Source of the DNA: Chthoniobacterales bacterium
GTDB taxonomy: Bacteria > Verrucomicrobiota > Verrucomicrobiia > Chthoniobacterales > JACTMZ01
Direction of reading: 5' to 3'
DNA: 64,000 bases
NCBI GenBank assembly: GCA_044359955.1
Contig: JBIKLF010000010.1
Location: forward strand, 1,460-65,459
Every line of letters starts with the position of its first letter. The first letter of the stretch is position 1. The translations under genes and the position numbers were made by a program. The notes under the pieces are model-generated. The model was not told the DNA's origin. It searched no databases and worked only from the letters and a program-made list of their open reading frames with translations. Of this stretch, positions 40,974 to 47,485 are shown one piece after another.

Positions 40974-42887
40974 TCAGGCCCAACGGTCCGTCCGGAAAGG
41001 CGGGGCCGGCAGGCCGGCGGCGTTGTAGAGATTGCAGCCGGCCGGGTTGTCGGCCCAAGCGTAGCGCACGGCCAGCGGCCGGGCCACCGCGGGGCTGGAG
41101 ACAACGACGGTGTCGCCTTCGATGACCGCCGCGGCGGGGACAAAGCCGCAGTCGCCGCCGGCTATGACAAATGTCCGCAACGGGCCCCCGCGGGCCGCCA
41201 ACCCGCCGCCGAGGTGCGCGAAACGGAGACGCATGCGGTCTCCTTCGATGGTCATCGAGCGGTAAAGGGGGCCCGACGGACAAACCGGCCGGCCGTAAGT
41301 CCCGGCCAGGGCCCACTGCGCCAAACGGGCCCCGACATCCTGCTTGTTTCGCGGATGGATGTCGGTCGCCTCCCCGAGATCGATGGCCACGGCCAGGCCC
41401 GTCGCCGGCTCGGAGAGCACCTCCGCTTGCGCCTCGCGCAAGCGCGCCCACGCGCTCTCCGGTTGGAAGTCCGCCTCCGGCATGAAATTCGCCAGCTGGA
41501 CGACGAGAAACGGGAAGTCGCCGAGGCCGAAGTCGTGGCGCCAGCAACGGATCAGGTCGGTGAGCAAGCGGCGGTATTCGGAGGCCCGGCCGGCATTGGA
41601 TTCGCCCTGATACCAGAGGGCGCCGCGCAGCGCGGCCGGCACCAGCGGGGCGATCATCGAGTCATAGAGGATATACGGAGAGTTCGCGTTGCCGGGGCCG
41701 AGAGGGACGGCCGGCGGGGCAACCAATCCCAAATCATGCTCGACCCGGTAGAGCCAGCCGCCGGCGAGGGGGACCGGGGGCTCGGATTGGTCCGCCAAGG
41801 CGAGGCACATCGACGAGGCCGGGCCGATCATGCCGCCATCGCGGACGAAGGAGTAGGCCCGGACGGCCACGGTGTTCTTTCCTGCCGCGACCAGCCGGCC
41901 GGGGACGCGGTACTCGCGCTCGACGTTCCAGAATTCCTCCTCGAAGCCCGCGCCGGTGGCGCCGACCCGTTCGCCGTTGAAATAGGTGATGTCTTGTTTG
42001 TCCACGGCGCCGATCCGCAGGGCAAGGTCCCGGCCGGCCCACGAGGCGGGAAGGTCGATCGTCTTGCGGAACCAGAGGACGCCGCTGTGGTTGTGGCCGA
42101 AGAACTGCCAGGCTCGGGGCAGCACCACCTCTTTCCAGTCGGACTCGTCGTGCGGCGGCCGGGCCCAGCCGGCGTGCTCGGCGGCGTTGCCCGGATCCGC
42201 CGGAAAAAAGTCGCTGATCGGGCGCGCCTCCTTCTTCGCGGCCCAGTAGGCGGGCGAGTTGACCTCCGTCTCGTAAGCGGCCACCCGGTCGGCGACACAT
42301 GCGTTGCGCACCAGCCACTCGCGGCTGATCCAAGCCTCGATGAAGGTGCCGCCGACCGAAGCATTGATGAGGCCGACCGCCACCCCCAGCTCGGCACGCA
42401 GCCGGCGGGCGAAATAGTAACCCACCGCCGAGAACTCCCCAGTGGCGGGCGGCGCGCAGCATTGCCATGACGCCGGCAGGTCCGCCCGGCGGCCGAGACG
42501 GGCCTCGCGCGGAACGGTCAGCATGCGCAGCAGGGGGTCCGCCGCGTTCGCCGCCTCCCGCTGCCCCGGTGCGCCGGTCTGCGTCATGGTCCATTCCATG
42601 TTGGACTGTCCCGACGCGAGCCAGACCTCGCCGACCATCACGTCGGTGGATTCGGCCGTGCCACCGCCCTCCGCCGCCGCCGCCAGGACATAAGGGCCCC
42701 CGGCCGGCATGGGCGGCAGCCGCACGAGGAATTTTCCGTCCTCGCCCGCCAGACCGCGCGCCTCGCAGGGTCCCAAACGGACCGTCACCGGCGCCAAGGG
42801 CCGGGTCCAGCCCCACACGGGAACCGGCATTTCCCGTTGCAACACCGCATGATCGCCGAAAAGGGCCGCCAGTTTCACGGGCTTCAT
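40974..42887 (-). CDS. Sialate O-acetylesterase family protein (SGNH, with beta-sandwich insert)
   Basis: GEVWLASGQSNM, WYQGESN, DIHP, VRYAW. Confidence 0.9.
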   Translation of the reverse strand: MKPVKLAALFGDHAVLQREMPVPVWGWTRPLAPVTVRLGPCEARGLAGEDGKFLVRLPPMPAGGPYVLAAAAEGGGTAESTDVMVGEVWLASGQSNMEWTMTQTGAPGQREAANAADPLLRMLTVPREARLGRRADLPASWQCCAPPATGEFSAVGYYFARRLRAELGVAVGLINASVGGTFIEAWISREWLVRNACVADRVAAYETEVNSPAYWAAKKEARPISDFFPADPGNAAEHAGWARPPHDESDWKEVVLPRAWQFFGHNHSGVLWFRKTIDLPASWAGRDLALRIGAVDKQDITYFNGERVGATGAGFEEEFWNVEREYRVPGRLVAAGKNTVAVRAYSFVRDGGMIGPASSMCLALADQSEPPVPLAGGWLYRVEHDLGLVAPPAVPLGPGNANSPYILYDSMIAPLVPAALRGALWYQGESNAGRASEYRRLLTDLIRCWRHDFGLGDFPFLVVQLANFMPEADFQPESAWARLREAQAEVLSEPATGLAVAIDLGEATDIHPRNKQDVGARLAQWALAGTYGRPVCPSGPLYRSMTIEGDRMRLRFAHLGGGLAARGGPLRTFVIAGGDCGFVPAAAVIEGDTVVVSSPAVARPLAVRYAWADNPAGCNLYNAAGLPAPPFRTDRWA

Positions 42888-42932
42888 CCCTAAGCGGGGA
42901 CATTCCGGGGGTCACGCTTTCTTTGGCCCGGG

Positions 42933-43039
42933 TGCAATGTGGTGGATTGAAAAGCGGCGTCGAGCCGCCGCACTCCAAAAAAAACGTGGCCTGTGCTCAG
43001 GGGCGGCTGGCCAGGGTTGGCCGGAGTTGTTCGATGGGG
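42933..43039. repeat. Roughly 107-bp direct repeat (REP plus duplicated 3' end of the AAA-DUF4143 gene), left copy
   Basis: Aligns to 45379-45486; minus strand encodes PIEQLRPTLASRP* versus PVEQLRPTLTKRP*. Confidence 0.82.
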
Positions 43040-43150
43040 CAGGTTGGCCGGCTTCGCCGAGATCTTGGCCTGCCGGCGATCAGGCCCGGGCCGAGCGTGC
43101 GGTTCAAGCCCGACCACGTGATGGCGTGGATTGAAGAGTGCCGGGACCAG
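43040..43150 (+). pseudogene. Excisionase-like HTH fragment
   Basis: RLRRDLGLPAIRPGPSVRFKPDHVMAWIEE resembles the C-terminal half of HTH_17/Xis proteins. Confidence 0.45.
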
Positions 43151-43284
43151 CCACGGCGCAGCGGAGAGGTTGGCTCGGTATTCCGCCTCATTTTCGCGGA
43201 CGGAGCCAGATCGAAAGCTCCACAGCTGCCCGGCAAAGCCGCCAAACCATTCTCCTACGATGATTCGCAAATCGAGGGTTGCTT

Positions 43285-43315
43285 TCGTCTGAAATATATT
43301 ACATACTTCTGACGA
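43285..43315 (+). promoter_or_regulatory. Inverted repeat upstream of the AbiE operon (probable antitoxin operator)
   Basis: TCGTCTGAAATAT...ATACTTCTGACGA, 11/13 complementary. Confidence 0.55.
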
Positions 43316-43330
43316 TAATCTCCGTCTTCC

Positions 43331-43954
43331 ATGAAGAAACACTCAAATTCCATCGACGCCGCGATCCTCGACCGTATCCGGTCCGGGCCGAAGGATCGCG
43401 TCTGGACGCCTGCGGATTTCCTTGATCTCGGTCCGCGTGCGGCGGTGGACAAGGCGCTCTCACGCAACGGCCAGTCCGGTCACCTCCGCCGCGCCGGGCG
43501 CGGGCTGTATCATATCCCCCGTCACGACCCCATTATGGGCAGCATTGGCCCCAGCTTTGACGGATGGCAGGATCTTCTGCGCCGGAAAAGCAACGGCGAC
43601 ATCTTTCCGACGGGCGCCCATGCTGCCAATGCCCTTGGATTGAGCGATCAGGTGCCGATGCGACCCTGGTATCTTACCACTGGTCGGAGCTGCCGTATTC
43701 GGCATGGGAAATCCGAGACCGTCCTGCGCCATGTTTCGCCGCGTTTCGTTTCAACGAAGAATCCGAAGAGCGCACGGGTGATCCTTGCCCTGCGCTGGAT
43801 CGGCAAGCGATTCGTGGATGATGATGTGATTGCTAGGCTGCGCCGCCACCTCTCGCCAGCAGACCGCGCCAGTCTTACCGCCGATGCGGCATGCGCTCCC
43901 GCTTGGATTGCCGACATCTTCCGACGTGTCGCAACGGAAGAGCCCGTTTCTTGA
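43331..43954 (+). CDS. Type IV TA antitoxin, AbiEi-like (DUF6088)
   Basis: DFLDLGPRAAVDKALSR..RGLY wHTH; AANALGLSDQVP. Confidence 0.85.
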   Translation: MKKHSNSIDAAILDRIRSGPKDRVWTPADFLDLGPRAAVDKALSRNGQSGHLRRAGRGLYHIPRHDPIMGSIGPSFDGWQDLLRRKSNGDIFPTGAHAANALGLSDQVPMRPWYLTTGRSCRIRHGKSETVLRHVSPRFVSTKNPKSARVILALRWIGKRFVDDDVIARLRRHLSPADRASLTADAACAPAWIADIFRRVATEEPVS

Positions 43955-43955
43955 G

Positions 43956-44981
43956 ATGAATGCGTTTCTTCAACGGACGGCACAAGAACGCCTGGGGGCA
44001 TTTCTGGAGGTTTCCCGCGTCACCCGGTTGGATGCCATCAGCGTCGAGAAAGACTTCTGGGTCTGCTGGACCCTGCGTGAACTCTTCACCCTGCCCGGCA
44101 TTGGCGAACATCTCACCTTCAAAGGCGGCACCTCGCTCTCAAAGGCGTGGAAGCTCATCCAGCGCTTCTCCGAGGACATTGATCTCATCGTGGACAAGGA
44201 AGTGCTCGATTTCGGAGGCGATGCCGTTCCGGACAAAGCTCCCAGCAACAAACAGCGCAGGTTGCGTTTGGAGGCACTCATGGCGGCCTGCCGGGAGTGG
44301 GTGCAAGGCAGTTTGATGCCTGGCCTCACCGAGCGCATCCAAGCCGCTCTCGGCGACACCGGTTGGAAAATCGAGGTCGATCCCGACATGCCCGATGGTC
44401 AGTGCCTGCTGTTTCATTATCCGACGGTCTTCCCCGCCGGCAGTGCAGGTTATGTGCGCCCCGTCGTGAAGGTCGAACTCGGAGCACGCTCTGATGACTG
44501 GCCCCACGATGAAAAGGCGATCCATCCCTACGTCATCGAGACCTTTTCCGCGTTCGCCCCGGACGCAGCATTCCAGGTCAGGGTGCTCGCCGCCGAGCGC
44601 ACCTTTTGGGAAAAGGCCTGCCTGCTCCACGAAGAGACTTTTCGTCCTGCCGATAAGCCGCGAAAGCTCCGCATGGCCCGGCATTACTACGACCTTTGGT
44701 GCCTGCTCCAGGCCGGAGTCGGCGAGCGAGCGCTGGCCAATACCGCCCTCTTTCAGCGTGTCGCCGAGCACCGGGAAATCTTCTTCCGGCACTCATGGGT
44801 GGACTACTCCACCCACAAGCCCGGCACCTTCCGCCTCTCGCCGCCCGCAGACCATCTGCCCAACTGGCGCCGCGACTACCAGGACATGCTCGGGCCGATG
44901 TTCTTCGGTGATACACCCACCTTCGAGCAAATGATGACCGCAGCGACCGAGTTCGAGAAAACCTTTAATGCCACCGCATGA
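43956..44981 (+). CDS. Type IV TA toxin, AbiEii nucleotidyltransferase
   Basis: VEKDFW, FKGGTSLSK, RFSEDID, RTFWEK, RHYYD. Confidence 0.9.
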   Translation: MNAFLQRTAQERLGAFLEVSRVTRLDAISVEKDFWVCWTLRELFTLPGIGEHLTFKGGTSLSKAWKLIQRFSEDIDLIVDKEVLDFGGDAVPDKAPSNKQRRLRLEALMAACREWVQGSLMPGLTERIQAALGDTGWKIEVDPDMPDGQCLLFHYPTVFPAGSAGYVRPVVKVELGARSDDWPHDEKAIHPYVIETFSAFAPDAAFQVRVLAAERTFWEKACLLHEETFRPADKPRKLRMARHYYDLWCLLQAGVGERALANTALFQRVAEHREIFFRHSWVDYSTHKPGTFRLSPPADHLPNWRRDYQDMLGPMFFGDTPTFEQMMTAATEFEKTFNATA

Positions 44982-45217
44982 CTGTCACCCTCCCATCCGT
45001 GTCATCGGTGAAATCCGTGGTTCCCAATCCCGCCTGGGCCTCCCTCCCGCTCTTCGACCGCACGGGGTGGAAGCGGGTGCGCTTTGGGGACGTGGTGGAG
45101 AATTGCAACGAGACTTGCGATCCGGCGGAGGCGGGGTTGGAGCGGTTTGTGGCGATGGAGCATTTGGAGCCGGGGTCGCTGCATGTGCGGAGCTGGGGGA
45201 ATGTAGCGTGCAGGTGA
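44978..45217 (+). pseudogene. Truncated type I restriction specificity subunit (HsdS N-terminus)
   Basis: GWKRVRFGDVV..RFVAMEHLEPG; ATGA-coupled to AbiEii; ends after 79 aa. Confidence 0.65.
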
Positions 45218-45378
45218 GGGGTCAGATCTTGACATTTGACACACCGCCGCCTGACGGCGGAAGCATCCGCCGCAGCGGACTCCGGCTATCAACCATAAAT
45301 TACCCCCGGCCGTCTCCGCTTTGCTTCGGCTCTCAACGCCTTTCCAAAGTTTCTTGGAGGCTTGGAGCGCGGTCATGC

Positions 45379-45486
45379 TGCAATGTGGTGCATTGAAAAG
45401 CGGCGTCGAGCCGCCGCACTCCAAAAAACGACGCGGCCTGTGCTCAGGGACGTTTGGTCAGGGTTGGCCGGAGTTGTTCGACGGGG
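45379..45486. repeat. Roughly 108-bp direct repeat, right copy, containing REP AAAGCGGCGTCGAGCCGCCGCACTCCAAAA
   Basis: REP copies at 42951, 45397, 46685 and 58511. Confidence 0.82.
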
Positions 45487-46586
45487 AGGAACTCGATTTC
45501 CAGATTTTTGATGCGACGGGTGTAGGGTTTGGTGATGTTGGGGGCGATGACGAGGTTGCGGCCGTGTTGGTAGGACTCGCGGAAGCGGGCGAGGCTGTTT
45601 GCTTCGAAGGCCTCGGCGTTCCATTTGGTTTCGAGCGCATCGACGCGGCTGCGGGTTTGCGGGATGACGAAATCGATCTCGCCGCCGGATTCGTCGCGCC
45701 AGAAATGCAGACGTGGCAGCGGGATGGAGAGCAGTGTGTCCAGCACCAGGTGCTCCCAGAGCTGTCCGCAGTCTTCGGGGCGCAAGCGGTCCCAGCCGCG
45801 GGCGTGGCAAATGAAACCGGTGTCGAATCCGTAGATTTTCGGACGGGCCAGCAACTCGCGCCGGCCGCCGCCTGAGAACGGACGCAGCAGACGGACCGCG
45901 TGCGTGGCTTGCAGCACTTCGAGCCAGCTCATCACCGTGGGCCGGCTCACGCCGGCGTGTTTGGCCAGGGAGGTAATCTCGGCGAGTCCGCCGCTCTGGC
46001 GCAGGATGAGTTCGACGAGCAAAAGGAAGGCGCTTCTTTTTTCGACGCGGAAAAGCTCCTGCACATCGCGCGCGAAGTAGGAGTCGAGCCATTCGGCGTA
46101 GAATTCCCAGTCGGGTGCGGCGGACAACAAGGCCGGGGGCAGACCGCCGCGCAGCAAGCGGACCTTGAGGTCTTGGATACCGAAGGCGGGAAGTTCTTCC
46201 ACCAGCACGGGCTCGAGAACAACCGAGCGTTTGCGTCCGGTCAGGGTGTCGCGGAATTTGCGGGTCGCGGCCAGCGTGGAGGATCCGGTGGCCAGGATTT
46301 TCAATTCAGGAAAGGCATCGGTGGCGATCTTCAGCACGCGGCTGGGGTCGGGTAATTGGTGGACCTCGTCGAGGATCACGAGGGGTTTGCTCACGGCCCG
46401 GAAGAACGCTTCCGGGTCGGCGAGACGTGCGGCTTCGGCCGGCAGGTCACAGTTGAGGAATTCCGCGTCACCGAACTCCTTGGCGAGGACGGTTTTCCCA
46501 ACGCGCCGTACGCCGGCCAGCCAGACCAGAGGGACTTTGCTCCAAGCGGCCGCAAGGCGCTGTTTCCAGAGAGGACGGTCGATCAT
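45444..46586 (-). CDS. AAA ATPase with DUF4143 domain (paralog of 13571-14701)
   Basis: GVRRVGKT, DEVH, ATGSS, FDTG, EIDFV..LETKW. Confidence 0.85.
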   Translation of the reverse strand: MIDRPLWKQRLAAAWSKVPLVWLAGVRRVGKTVLAKEFGDAEFLNCDLPAEAARLADPEAFFRAVSKPLVILDEVHQLPDPSRVLKIATDAFPELKILATGSSTLAATRKFRDTLTGRKRSVVLEPVLVEELPAFGIQDLKVRLLRGGLPPALLSAAPDWEFYAEWLDSYFARDVQELFRVEKRSAFLLLVELILRQSGGLAEITSLAKHAGVSRPTVMSWLEVLQATHAVRLLRPFSGGGRRELLARPKIYGFDTGFICHARGWDRLRPEDCGQLWEHLVLDTLLSIPLPRLHFWRDESGGEIDFVIPQTRSRVDALETKWNAEAFEANSLARFRESYQHGRNLVIAPNITKPYTRRIKNLEIEFLPVEQLRPTLTKRP

Positions 46587-46595
46587 TGAAGGTCA

Positions 46596-46625
46596 ACTTT
46601 ACATCTAACGCGGAGAATGTAAAGT
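46596..46625 (-). promoter_or_regulatory. Palindromic operator overlapping a leaderless promoter
   Basis: ACTTTACAT-12 bp-ATGTAAAGT; minus strand TTTACA-16 bp-TAAAGT-9 nt-ATG. Confidence 0.6.
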
Positions 46626-46710
46626 CTGCTTTCGTTCGTTGGTGGAGTTGCTGGGGCACATTGCGGCGGCTGAGGGGCTGGGGAAAAGCGGCGTCGAGCC
46701 GCCGCACTCC

Positions 46711-46743
46711 AAAAAAAACGCGCCCCGGTTTCCCGGGGCGCGT
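46711..46743 (-). terminator. Intrinsic terminator
   Basis: 11-bp stem ACGCGCCCCGG/CCGGGGCGCGT with GAAA loop and U-tract on the minus strand. Confidence 0.8.
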
Positions 46744-46767
46744 GTGATTTCTAACGAGACGGTCCGT

Positions 46768-46899
46768 TTAGCAGCAGCCGGCAGCGCAGTCGCAGGGGCA
46801 GCATTGGCCGCCGCAGTCGGTGCACTTGCAGGCTTCTTTCGCCGTGACCGTGAAGGACAGGGCGAGGACCGCCAGGATTGCGAAGAGGAATTTTTTCAT
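46768..46899 (-). CDS. 43-aa secreted Cys-rich (metallothionein-like) peptide
   Basis: MKKFLFAILAVLALSFTVTA signal plus KEACKCTDCGGQCCPCDCAAGCC; GGAG SD; terminator follows. Confidence 0.7.
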   Translation of the reverse strand: MKKFLFAILAVLALSFTVTAKEACKCTDCGGQCCPCDCAAGCC

Positions 46900-46975
46900 T
46901 TTGATATTCTCCGTTGAGGTTTCGTTCCAAGGTTCCCTCAGCCAACGAGGACGGAAGCCGACGCTGAGTGAGCCC

Positions 46976-47281
46976 TCAGGCTCGCGGCGGGGGAACGGGC
47001 GGACGTGAGGTCCGCACAACGTAGGAGTCATCGGTCAGTTGCACGCAGGGCGAACTGCCGGGCGAGAAAATCGCGAGCTTTTGTCCGGCGGGGATCATCA
47101 CGGATGACACGCCCGGAGCTTGGCAGGAAAGGGGCGGACAGGGGCAAGCCGTGGCACAGCAGGCCGGATCGGTCTCGCAGCAGGCGGAGGCGCAAACTTC
47201 CGGCGCGGGGACCGTGACCGCGGAGGCCATGGGCGCCATGGCCAAGGAGGCGAGCAGGGCGAGGAGGGCGGCTGCTTTCAT
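46976..47281 (-). CDS. Cys-rich secreted leader-like protein with C-terminal RPPVPPPR
   Basis: Signal peptide, 9 Cys, poly-Pro C-terminus; TTGACA-16 bp-TACGTT promoter directly upstream. Confidence 0.65.
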   Translation of the reverse strand: MKAAALLALLASLAMAPMASAVTVPAPEVCASACCETDPACCATACPCPPLSCQAPGVSSVMIPAGQKLAIFSPGSSPCVQLTDDSYVVRTSRPPVPPPRA

Positions 47282-47288
47282 TGAGGGC

Positions 47289-47316
47289 AACGTAGTCCAT
47301 GAGGTGGGGTTGTCAA
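47289..47316 (-). promoter_or_regulatory. Sigma70-like promoter (leaderless) for the Cys-rich unit
   Basis: TTGACA (47316-47311), TACGTT (47294-47289), ATG 7 nt downstream. Confidence 0.55.
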
Positions 47317-47485
47317 TGAGGAGTCCCTGAACCCGCGCGCGGCGGGTAGGGGCACGCGGCTCGCGTGCCCGTGGCGAAGGTGGCGGACGAGTGGGCCGCT
47401 CATCCCTACCTGACGAGTGATCCGGTGTGCCTTGACTTGGGGGCTTTGTTCCCGCCCAATTCGCGGGTTCCTCTCGGAAACAGCC

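Noticed and set aside
41734-42978. ORFs starting MECGGSTPL/MECGGLTPL (also 45002-45424 and the extension of 57873-58538)
   Set aside because: The shared N-terminus is the translated REP TTGGAGTGCGGCGGCT.GACGCCGCTTT, not a protein family.
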